Of a stretch of DNA of 64,000 nt, positions 25,896 through 37,802 are shown piece by piece. Numbering within the stretch: position 1 is the stretch's first letter; each line of letters begins with the position of its first letter. The notes beneath the pieces are model-generated. The model was given only the letters and a program-made list of their open reading frames with translations. It did no database searches and was not told the DNA's origin. Made by a program: the position numbers and the translations under genes. Source of the DNA: Microthyrium microscopicum (lineage: Eukaryota); the NCBI GenBank assembly GCA_010405405.1, contig MU004245.1, forward strand, positions 251,256 through 315,255. The letters are read 5' to 3'.

Positions 25896-27213
25896 ATGTC
25901 CCTTCGCCAAGCCACCCAGAAGGCAATACGTACCTTCCCCAGAGCTCGCAATAGCTATTCTCCCACCCCCATCATAACAACCATCATGCAAGACTCCATC
26001 GTTCAAGGCGTACTTGGTAACACCGCTCCTAAAGCCTATTATCGTCACTGTCAACTAATATGCGAATCTAGCCATCCATAAACCTCCGCGCATTACCTCC
26101 ACCGATGTCATCCGCACCCTCCAACACCACTTCAACCCCTCAACCACCTTCGCACCTCTCCTCGCAGCCGCGCAAGACGCCGAGAAGCACAAACCTTACG
26201 AGCAACAACGTCGCGGTCGAAAGTCACGCCAATTGCTAAATAAGGTCAAAATCGGTCATGGTGGTACCCTCGATCCGCTGGCCACTGGCGTGCTGATCAC
26301 TGGCATTGGCACTGGCACCAAGGAGCTCTCATCATTTCTAGGCTGTACCAAGACATATGAGACAGTGGTACTGTTTGGCGTACAAACGGACACGTACGAT
26401 GTGCTCGGCAAGGTCGTCAAAACAGCGGACTGGGCGGAAGTCAACGAGGAGAGCATACGCGACGCGCTAAAAAAGAACTTTACAGGCAAAATTGGTCAAC
26501 GGCCGCCGATATTCAGCGCCAAGTGGGTGAATGGTGAGCGCATGTATGATCTCGCGCGACGTGGGGAAGAAGTGCCGGAGGCGTTATTAGAGGCGAAAGA
26601 GATGAATGTGGACGAGATGGAGCTGTTGGAATTTTGGGAGGAGGGCGCACATGAGTGGGTTATGCGGACGGGTGAGGAGCTGGGAGGCTCGACAGGCCGG
26701 AGGGATGATCGTGGTGGAAGAGGAAAGAAACGAAAGCGCGAGAAAGGAAGGGAGCAGGAGGTGGACGAGTCGCCGAAGAAGCGACCGGAGAGTGCTGGCA
26801 AGATTATGGATGCAAAGGATATCTCAGTGAAGAAGCCGTTCATGTCCGGCGCATTGCCAGCGGAGGACGAGATTGATCAACCAGCTGCTGAGGAGGCAGT
26901 ACTGGACAAGAAGGAAGCTGAAGGCGCTGAGATGGCACCAACGGAAAGTACACCGCCTGTCCGTCTTGGTCCTGCGGCTCGTATAAGGATGACGGTCTCT
27001 TCTGGATTCTATGTGCGGTCACTTTGTCACGATTTAGGAAAGGCACTGGGCTCTGCTGGTACCATGGCAGAGCTTATACGTACGAGACAAGGTGACTTTG
27101 AAGTTGGCAAGAATTGCCTCGACTTTGATGACCTGCAAAAAGGGGAGAGCGTTTGGGGACCAAAAGTAAAAAAGTTTCTGGACCAGTGGCAGGATAACAT
27201 GTCAAAGAAGTAA
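25896..27213 (+). CDS. PUS4: tRNA pseudouridine(55) synthase, TruB family; intron ~26017-26071
   Basis: GVL|AIHKP, KIGHGGTLDPLATGVL (catalytic Asp), PPIFSA, SSGFYVRSLCHDLG and LIRTRQG motifs. Two in-frame ATGs (25896, 25986). Confidence 0.95.
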
Positions 27214-30200
27214 AAAGAGTGACTTCTCATCACCAAAGATACCCAGCTACGTACACTATTACAGTCAAGACTTGATTTCTGTCACAATGTCACTAGATTG
27301 ACTTGCTCACCCATATGTTCAAGCACTCAGCGCACAAGCGGATGTCATTGTCGTGGGAGCTTCTAGCAGCCTATATCGTACGACGTTTTGCCTCAGTCGT
27401 ACTCACACCTCTTACTTCAAAGAGCACAGGTACTTGTGGAAGTAAGGTTCGACGCTGTCGACACCTGGAGTCCTAGACTTATGAATGAGTTGATACCTAC
27501 TCGACTTTCATATATCTTTATGAAGTTGCTTCTTTTGGCGTTCTACTGCCAACCAGGCTTCGAGAACCAAGCACATACAGGCTCCAATAGATGGCCCATT
27601 CATTTACCTCAAACTGACGGGCCGCTTCCGATCGAAACCTTACCGTACTTATGGTTATTGAATGTTGTTTTTTCGTATTGTTGACTGCATTTATGAGCCC
27701 ATTACCCGGTTACCACTATAATGACTTCGCGAATATACATCAAGAACGGTCAGTACCCGGACTCACTGCATGAAAAAGATACGTCCGCATAGCCTCACTC
27801 ACTCAATATTCCATCCCTCCTAAAGCCTTCGCCAGCTCGCACATCTCTCTGCACATGCTGGACATTTCTTGTCCTCGGTTCCAACCAGCACCCCCCGGCC
27901 ACCCAGCACAACCATCACAGGGACTGCTTCGCATCAAGTCTGAGCTGTGAATGATCCCCGCAAGGCCCCGCTTACCGCGCCGCGGGATATCCCCATACAG
28001 CTGGGCAGTTGTACCTGTAGCCATGTGTGTCATGGCACAACTACACCGTCTTCCCAGACAATCGCATGGCAGGCCAGGGTTCGATGATTCCACGGAAGCT
28101 CGTTTCGGGAGGGGCAGAGGGAGTTACTCCGCTAATTGTTAGATCCTTCTCGGGCTCGCCGTGTCGAGAATCGAGGAAGTTGAGTCGCAAAGGTCGAAAG
28201 GCAATTAGCTTTAGCTTCGCCGTTTCATAAGGCTTCAAGCGTGACAAGCGTGAAAATTGGAAAAGGCCCTTTGATATGCGCAAATCGCCCATTAGGGACT
28301 GTTAGTTACAGCTCTTTTCTGGTATTCTCCTGGTTTGAGTCGTATAATGAGTGGAAAAAATGAAGGTTGATGCCAGAGCGTACCTAGGATATGAACAGTT
28401 CAACTGACAACATGTCTTGACAAATGCAAGTTACTACACTCGTTGTCGCATAAAGAGAAGCTTTTCAATAAGTTTATTATTCTCTTCGACCTTTATTTGC
28501 GTTGTTGGGAATTATATCACTGCCTGATCAATAGATAAGCCTACCCAACAGCCCATCTGATAGATCCCTAAATACCAGGTATTGACGTGCCACTCCTATA
28601 TCGACATTTCTCATTTATAGAACACAATTGCTTTCTCAAAGTCAACGCAACAAGTGGTGTTCACTTGGGCGGTAGAGAATGTTATAGCCTCCACGGTTTG
28701 ACCAGCCTTACCATGCTGAAACAACAGAGCCTTCCCTTCAACATATCGATAGAGCTAACTGTGATCGTAATGACAGGATTGGCTGATCACAAACTTGAAT
28801 AAGTATAGATTTAGTCTTTAGCCGTTGAAACATAGCCACGGTTTCCGCTATCTCTACCGGTTTGCCGGCTTGAGGCGATCAGATTTACGTCCCATTTGCG
28901 TAGTCACTGAGACTTTGTTCCACAACAAAAATGACCATCAAGTCAAATTCTGTTGCCTGTGTAGCACTTATGGAATGCCAACATTTATCGCATTTTTGTA
29001 AGCTTGACAAGCATGCTGGCCTAGATAGATCGATTGACGAAAGCGGTATATTCGATGCTTGAAATGAGACAATGAGGATTACCATCTGTGGAAGTACTTT
29101 GTATGAGCGACTGGATGGATCTCACACTTGGAAAGATTAGAAGAAGTGAGCGAATACAACAAGAACCCCGGCGGAACAAAGAGGCAATTGAGCGCACCAA
29201 ATTATACAGCTTAGGTAAGGTACCTTGGTAGATATCATATGTAATGATGTAATTTGATGCACTTGATCTCCTACTTCATTCTCATTTCTAGCTGGCACAT
29301 TCGTTTAGCTGGTAATTACGCCCAAGATCAGCATTGGAAAGATACGATGATACGAGTCATAATGCTATCCCGGGTTTAGTGTGAAGACATTCTTAGGAGG
29401 ATGATCCCAACCTCCTCGACATGGATCCGAGAGGAGAAGACTCGTAAGGCAGATCAAACACATAGCAAACTTGTCGCCATAGTGATCTAGAGGCTTTCAT
29501 ATTACCATTTCTGATTAATGCATTGCGCTTCATAAAGTTGTGAACTGTAAGCATTCTTCTGAACCGACTAATTCTTAGGCGCCTTTGGCGACAATCGACC
29601 AAACTGAAGGAAAGCTGCGAAGTCCATAGATGTTTTGCGACTCTCGGCGGGAACGAGGTCAACTTCAAGGGTGGTCCGTCAAGGATTATAACAAGACCTG
29701 GCAAGTGCCCTGATGGACATTGCGTGAGCAGCAACTAGGCGAACTATATGGACAGCGTTTCCTGGCATTGCAGTCCGGCAACCGGCAGAACCGCTGAGCG
29801 AAGGATTACTTGTAACGTGTGAACCAAAAAAGTTTCTGAGAATGTGTTATCGCGAACTATCTGGATCGTGTCTAGGTATGGGTTGGAAACAGCAAGGTTT
29901 ACTTGCGTGTTTGAAGCCATTGCATAGCAATGCCACGCATCCGAGAAATCATGTTTACCTCTTGGAGTAATGAAAGCTGGTCTTGAAGGTATAGAAGTAT
30001 GCGCATATGTCTAAAATTGAGGTTTAGTGTTAGTCAATTCTCAGTATCGCAATAGCTTTTCTTCATCGGAAGGTCAGACAAGTAGATTGGCTACCTTATG
30101 CCCTTCTGGCTATCTTGATGAATGGACAATGATCAAATGGTCACTGGCAGGCTCTAAGAGAATCACCATCTTGATATGGAGATGAGTGAGTGGCCAGATG

Positions 30201-31643
30201 CAATATCGTTTGGTTCTGTTGACGAGATGACAGATTAATATTCCAGACCCAAAGTCGTTTCAAGGTCCACAGCTCATTTAAGCCTATGAGAAACTACTTT
30301 AGTGGCACATCAAGCATACCTAGTACCTGTCAGGCTGTACAGTAGCCTGTATCTGCATATGCCCTGCATGGCTTATGTGCGGCCTTTCCTGGTTGACTCT
30401 TGCGCTTGATATTGTGCCGATGATAACATATGACCTGTACTAGGCGGCGCAAGTAAGTCCATGCTACTCAGCCTGCCGTGAAGCCAAATTAGGCATTTCA
30501 TGGAAAGTTTGGAAAGGTATGTATCTTGAGATAGTCCTTCCATGAATCGATTCAATCTTATTGTGTGGGCCGGTGAAGACTGATACAACAGTTGTCAGTG
30601 GTGGCCCAGCGTCCTTCCCTCCTTATCCTTCCTAAATTCGCCCTCGTCGTCATCTGAACCAAGAGTTTGGGTACCTTCGTGAGAGTCGAGACAAGAAAGG
30701 ACTGGGATAGCGGTGTTTGCGGTGTCATCAAGCTGGCTGTCAAGCTCGTGGCACCCTGTAAGCTGTTCCATCTCCACAACTGCACATGGGTCATTTCCTC
30801 ATTTGGCAAGGCTGCTGCATTCTCTGCCACTTCTGACACTTCGATCCTCACCTCGCCTCTGCACTCTTTGCAATGTGCAGTACCATCCTGGCAATATACA
30901 TGTATTCTTTGAGGGAAGATGCAAGCCTACAGGCAGTCCAAACGCTCTTGCTGCACCCGTTACTGCTGGGTCGCTGGATATTGCCGTGCAGCGCCGCGCG
31001 CGGACTGCCTGCTCGCATCATGCATAACAATTCATCCAGTCTAACCAGCGATTTTATGGTGTGGACCTTCTATTTGGCCGAAGAAGCTCGTCTTTGGATA
31101 CTCTGAGTCGTAAACTGCCAATCATGCGACTATCTCCACTTAGCAAATTATGCTGTGCTGGGGGAAGACATGCCTACTTCAACATGCCATGTCCATTATC
31201 TATCGCATTGTGTTCCACGCTGCATGCTTAAACTTGGAGAAGTTTCGATGCGTTATTTGCAGGACCATCTATAGAATCTATTGGAAGATATTGTTGACAT
31301 TGTTTCTGGAAACCTCGCGGAAACTCTTCGATCAGGCTGTGCCGGACAGCTCTCCCCTCCCAAACTGGTTTTTCAACTTATATCAGTGATATGTTCAGTC
31401 CTTGAAACACTTGCACAAAGGGTCAGCGAATGTTATCTCAGGTCAGTAAATCCTTTCGTTTGCATCTATCTCGATTCAATCTGTATTCATTACGCATATT
31501 TGAAAACTCGAGAAAGAGAAGCCTCTTTTACGTTATATCACTGGACCAAAATATCGAAAGCGATAACTTGGTTCGCAGTCAAATCGGTTGTTATTCTTGA
31601 GAATGAGAACTAACGAGAGAAAGCATTCCGGAATACAATCATC

Positions 31644-34337
31644 ATGTCAACATTACCCCTTAGTGGGCCGAATCCGAAAATAATTGATAATGGAATACTC
31701 AACATACCTCCGTTATCAGATCCTGCATTCAGTAAAGGACGGAGAGAGTGGCTGCCTTATTATGCTGTTGCATTTGAGGTCGCTACCACAGTATTACTCG
31801 GCGTGAGGGTCCTTTCACGGGTGAATAGAACAGGTGGCCGCCCTGGCCTGGATGATGTGCTTATTTTTGTCGCATGGCTGCTTAGTATCGGCATGATGAC
31901 ATGTGTGATTTACGGTGAGAGTCGCGCAAAATTGTCAAAATGAAGATAACTGATGCGAATATAGGTGCCATCCATCTGGGAATGGACAGACATATGATGG
32001 CTGTCGATTCTACCGTTTGGGCAAAATCAGCTCTCGTAAGCATCGAGATCTGTATAGGCTTTCAATTACTAATTTTCTTAGGTCACTCTTATAGCTGAAG
32101 AGTTTTTCATGTGGTCGCTGCTATGTGTCAAGCTTTCAGTACTAATGTTTTATCGTCGACTAGTAAAAGGCACATATTCTCGAAAGTTCAAGTGGGCGCT
32201 TTGGTTTGGTATGGGTCTCGCATTGATAACGACAATAATACCGACTATCCTGTCTTTGGTGAGCTGCCACCCCGTGGACGCCATCTGGATGCAATGGGAT
32301 CTCACCTACGTTTACACCAACTACAAAAATTTCTGGTGCCAACATGTCGCAATTGTTGTTCTAGTTGCTGAACTAGCCGGATCATTCAGTGTGATAACAG
32401 ACTTTTACACAGTTATGCTTCCGGCTATACTTTTGCTACGAATTCGTATTAGTCGAAGACAGCGATTAGGTCTATTAGTTATCTTCGGCGCAGGCTTCAT
32501 GTAGGAACACATCGCGCCATCTGATGAGACTCATACTAACATGTCCGCCAGGGTTGTGATAGCAGGTGCTGTCCGTACATATTACCTGTCGCGTGCTGAG
32601 AGACCAATCGCCGATAAAAGCTGGGTGCTATTTGAAGTCTGGGCTGCCAGTATCGCAGAGTGTAACATGGCTATAATGTGTGCTTGCGCGCCCTCATTAA
32701 AGTCTGTCACTGGAAAGTACTTTCGCGAAGGATTTGGGAGCAAAAACAGCAGTAAAGACAGTAGCAAAGACAGCACAGTCAAGTTTGGTTCCCTCGGAGG
32801 CGAGTCTTCAGCATCGAAACCTTTGACTCAGATGTCATACATGAGCCATCAATCTAAGGTCACCGCCAAAAGGGTGTCATCGATACATGCTCTAATGCGC
32901 AAATTCTCAATTCGTGGACACCGAAGACATGATCCAGATGATCCCAACGAGGAGAGCGATACCGTGTATCTAAAGGCCTCCGGGCTTAGAATGGGTGCCT
33001 ACGGTAGCACTGCTGAAGGATACGATGATAAACCATTACCCCCAATTGATCCTTCATGGTCCCCAGCGATACTATCTCCAGTCAGCCCAGGACGAATTGG
33101 CTTCACAACGTCGATGTTCGATCGGGGCCCGATGACACCTCCGCCAATATACTCGGAAACTCCAAACAAAAACAATCACACTGGCTCCTCTATTATCGCT
33201 CTACCTATACTACCCCAGGTGGATGATACCGATGATGACTCGTCGGTTCAAACTCCAGCTCCGGAATCGATCCGCTTAGAGCAAAATGTTCGAATCACAA
33301 ACGCGGACCATAGAGAACGCCGCTCAGTAACTCCAAGTGTTGTTTTCATTGATCAAAATGGCAGTGAGGAACAAGTCAACCGAGTCAAGTATCACAGCTT
33401 TGTGGAAACACCTGTTATAAGCAAGGAAGATCTATTACTTCCTCAAAGTACTTCCGCACAGGGCAAATCGCAATCGATAAAAGCTACTGCCGAATCGCTC
33501 CGACAGCAAATGCGCGAGGCAGAGGCCCAGATGAACCAAACCCTTTCTCAGAGATCTTCTCACCAAGCTCCGACAGTACCATCAGCAGTACTATATCCAT
33601 CACGGCCATCAACGGCTGGAGCAGTCTCTTCTCAACCACCACCTTCAGGCTTCGAGCGTGGTTCAGTACGTGATGCACTTCGTCATATGCGCTCACAGCC
33701 TCTCAACTCTGATCGACTTACCCCAAATTTTGCATCTTCGAGAGTCTCTTCTCCATTCTCATCACCCATTCGCCGCGTCGACGGACATCGTAACAGCATA
33801 AGCCATATATCAGATCCCTCCGAGTCTGGTGGTTCTGATGACGCTGAAAGCAATCTCCCTCAGAGTCCTTCGCGGTTCGAGAACCGTCCAAGTATCGCCA
33901 ATTACAGCCATGCAACTGCGAGCGCCACAAATCGTCCTAAACTCGCGCTAATAACTTCTACATTTCCGTCATCGGCTGGCCGATCAGATTCACACGACAC
34001 ACTTCCCAGTACCACGTACGTTAGTGGCAGTACTTCAGTCAAGCAACTTTCAAACATCTCTCAAGACCAGAGTTCTCGTCCTATGGGATTGCAAAGCTCG
34101 GGCAATGGGTCTAAAATTGATCAGCCCAATGCTGTAGCCGCCACGACTGCTCCAGCAGTTACTCCCGTCCGAAACGGCGATGGAGCCATGGCCATCGGGG
34201 TCGCAGTGCCATGTGCGGCAGACTATGGAGACGCTTTGAGCAAATTTGCAGGTGACGGGCCAGGCGGCATTGGCAGACCGAAAGTGCGAAGAGTGTTGAG
34301 TAGGGAGAAGTGGAAATGGCATGAAGAAAACAGCTGA
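31644..34337 (+). CDS. Pth11-like integral membrane protein (fungal rhodopsin domain) with long disordered cytoplasmic tail; three introns
   Basis: GLDDVLIFVAW, GMDRH, VKLSVLMFYRRL, SCHPVDAIW, TDFYTVMLP, ECNMAIMCACAP motifs; introns near 31915, 32035 and 32501; no CFEM domain seen. Confidence 0.85.
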
Positions 34338-35252
34338 ATATCACTAGGTCCTTTGTAGTATAATCATGACGAATTATCGAAACACTGGTCGATTTCCCTT
34401 TTTGACCTCAATTGACGGTGGTAATGGGCTTTTGAAAAGCATGTATCATCATTCTAGCAGCATCTTCATATTTCTCTGTAGTTTTTCAATCTGCTTTTGA
34501 TGGCCAAACGCAACTTCATTATGAAAAGTCATTTCTACCTCTTAAAGCCCCCAAGTCTCCTTCATTCGACAAGCAAATCCTGTATCTCGATGCGCGCTAT
34601 CGACTAAGAACAATTTTACATCCACGTATGAGGGTATAATATGGCCGCCGGTCGTCGGCAAATATCTGCCCAGTCACTGCTAATTTCTGACACAAACACA
34701 CCACTAAAACAGAAGAAGACTGTTTAGCTCGCTACTGAAACTGAATTCAAGTAGCCTAGAGCAATTTTTACATCTCTATAAGGAAGAGCTAACTCCAAAT
34801 TGTTTTCTTCGCGCCAACGCGCCACCACGCCGAGTACTTCAGTCAACGTAGATTGTTAGACTAGAATGTGCCGCCCAATATCAGTTGTTAAGCTAGGACA
34901 TAATTTCAAAAATAGACAGTTGAGAGAGGCCGGAAGGTCTGAAAGCCCCAATTACTTTAACAGATAGTCCGTCTTTCCACTGCAACAGCTTTCATTTAGA
35001 TTGCAATATAGAGCGACATATGCGCCCCGCCCCCGTAATCCTACCTGCAGCCGGGTAAATATATATTCTGTCACCGGACTCATGGTAAATCCTGGAAGCT
35101 TGGATGAAATTTCGCCGGGAACAAAATGTCCGAAAATGCAACTTCCTGGAAGTCGACTATAGTCAAGCTGCAATGATGATGGCTACTAATACTAGTAGTT
35201 ACATCACCTATCACTCCCGTGCCATAGCATACCAGGGGAACACACGCTCATT

Positions 35253-37598
35253 ATGGCCCTCCTCAATGCTTGGATTCTGGGGTTGATCCTCTCGACAAGC
35301 GCTGGCGCATATCCAGGCAACGGCGCTTTGGAAAAGCGACAAGGTCACCAGAATAACAACGGGCAGGGTAAAGGCTATGGGAACGGATACCAGTATGGCG
35401 GCAACCAGGGGAAGGGCAATGGAAATGGCAATGGGAAATCTCCAGGAAATTATCAAGCCGGTAACCGTCCGGGTGGGAACAACCAAGGAAAAGGCAATGG
35501 TTATGCGCCAAAATCTTCAGGAAATGACCATGGAGGAAGTATTCAAGGTGGGAACTTTCCAGGCGGGACTTTTCCCTTTCCAGGCGGGTCTTTTCCATTT
35601 CCAGGCGTGAATTTTCCGGGCGGTAACTTTCCTGGAGGAAGTATTCTAGGTCCGAATCAACAGGGAGGAAATAATCAAGGGAAAGGCAATGGCGACGCAA
35701 GTGCTCCTGGGAGTCCTACGAGCATATCATCTGGCGCAACGTCAGAGGCAACATTAGTCACAATAACGACTGTGATTACACACTCACACGTAACGACAAG
35801 CACAATAATAAGGACAACAAGAAGGACAACTTCGAGCGAAATACCAAGTACAACATCAAGCGCAATATCGAGCACGACATCAAGCGCGAAATCAAGCGCG
35901 ACACCATGGGCAACACCATGGGCAATGGGAATCCCAGGCAAACCAGCAGGCACCGAGCATAAACCACCGACTAGCAGTGAGGGTCGGCCGACATCTTCTG
36001 AAGAAGGCCGAGGGAAAGATAATGGTAACGTAAGTCCCCCGTGGAGTCCTATGGGCGAGAAAGACAATGGCAACGTCAGTCCACCGTGGGGTCATACAAC
36101 TGGGAAAGACAATGGCAACGTGAGTCCTCCCTGGAGTCCTACAGGTGGGAAAGACACTGGCAGTGTAACTCCTGCATGGAGTCCCATGAGCGTACCACCA
36201 AGCGTGCCAACAGGCCCAACAAAAGGCAAAGGGCATAAATCGCCGACCAACAATGGAAGCCCACCGCCTCCTAGCAGCGGAGGCACAAGGTCTCCACCGT
36301 CACCAGCAGGCAATGGACATGTAGCACCCAACGGTGGCCATGCAGTAGATGGCAGTGGGACTCATTGGGTAGCAACTTGGACATCAATGCAGCAGCAGGT
36401 GGAGCCCGGCAATATGCCCCCATCACCCTTTGTAAGTTCTGCATCCTAAGCATGAAGAGTGTAGCAGTCTCTAACAACTGCGCTGAACAGTCAGGCTCCT
36501 CCGTATTCAGAGATGCCACCATCCGCCAGACAGTCCACGTCTCCATCGGCGCGTCCCGCATCCGTGTCCAGATATCCAACGTCTTCGGCAGCTCGCCACT
36601 GCCTATTAGCGCCGCGACCGTTGCACTCACAGCCGGCAATCGCGCTGGTGTGAATGGTATCGAGACTAATACACTTCAAGCACTTACCTTTGGCGGCTCA
36701 GCATCCACGACTGTCGCTGCTGGCTCGACCGTATACTCAGATCCCGTAGGCATTTCTGTCAAGCCCGCCAGCATGCTGAGCATCAGTTTGTTCTCACAAG
36801 CGGGACAGAGCGGCAGCCATATCACTGGACATCCAGGTAGCCGGACCACAAGTTGGATGCAGAGCGGGAACCACGTCAACGCCAGTACGGTCAGCGGTGC
36901 GAAGACGGAGCATTGGTACTGGTTAAGTGCGGTCGAGGCATGGGCGCCTGCGTCTGATGGAGCCTTGATGATCTTGGGTGACAGCATAACTGATGGACGT
37001 GGTAGCACTGACAATGCAAACAACCGGTAAGTGTCTTTCACTTGGCTTGAAAATTAGCCGAAGCTGACATCTTTATAGCTGGCCGGACCTGCTGGTCGCG
37101 CGCCTCCAGAAGAACGGTCATGGTAACATCGGCGTGAACAATCAAGCAGCTGGCGGGAACGCCGTACTACGCGGAGGCTTAGGACCACCGCTACTCCAGC
37201 GATACAAGCGGGATGCTCTCCAGCAACAGGGCGTGAAGTGGGTGTTAGTATTCGAAGGAGTTAATGATATTGGTGCGAGCGGCAGTGCTGAACAGCTGAT
37301 ATCCGCTTTTACGACTATTGTGAAAGACTGTAAAGCTGCTGGGCTCAAGGTCTTCGGGGCAACCATACCACCATTCAAGGGAAATAGTTATAGCAGCTCG
37401 GCGCACGAGGCAACGCGGGAGAAGGTAAACCACTGGATATTGACCAGTAAGACTTATGATGCTGTAGTGGACTTTAGCAAGATGATTTCACAAGGAGACG
37501 CCTTGGGAAGCAGATATAATAGTGGCGATGGACTGCATCCAAGTGTTGCTGGATACCAGGCCATGGCTGATGGATTCCCGCTGGACATTTTTAAGTAA
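35253..37598 (+). CDS. Secreted SGNH/GDSL hydrolase with ~370-aa low-complexity repeat N-terminal extension; introns 36432-36490 and 37027-37078
   Basis: Signal peptide; HWVATWTSMQQ...PF|SGSSVFRDATIRQT; GDSITDG (Ser), AAGGN, FEGVNDI and GDGLHP (Asp-His) blocks. Confidence 0.9.
36015..36189 (+). repeat. Coding tandem repeat, 4 x 45 bp (KDNGNVSPPWSPxGx)
   Basis: Units start at 36015, 36060, 36105 and 36150 and show synonymous divergence. Confidence 0.9.
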
Positions 37599-37802
37599 AT
37601 GAGTTTAGTCTGACACTGTAATCAGCTGGTTTTCACTAATACCTTGTTACAATATTCCATGAAAAGGATCCAGGATCCGAGCAGTAGCAGTAGTTGGGTT
37701 GCCATAAATTGGTAACCCCTGAATTGTATGGTAATTTTACACTACTTCATGAATTACCCACGTTTTCGAACTGCTGCTCTATCAGCCCGGCATGATCATA
37801 TT

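Noticed and set aside
28070..28095. GGGTTCGA as a tRNA T-loop
   Set aside because: No T-stem closure or cloverleaf around it.
30373..31613. Short ORFs upstream of the Pth11-like gene
   Set aside because: No recognisable motifs or consistent splice structure; may be chance ORFs.
27213..31644. Telomerase RNA, RNase P/MRP or SRP RNA in the long intergenic gap
   Set aside because: No TAACCCTAA template and no convincing P4 or SRP helix-8 consensus found by eye.
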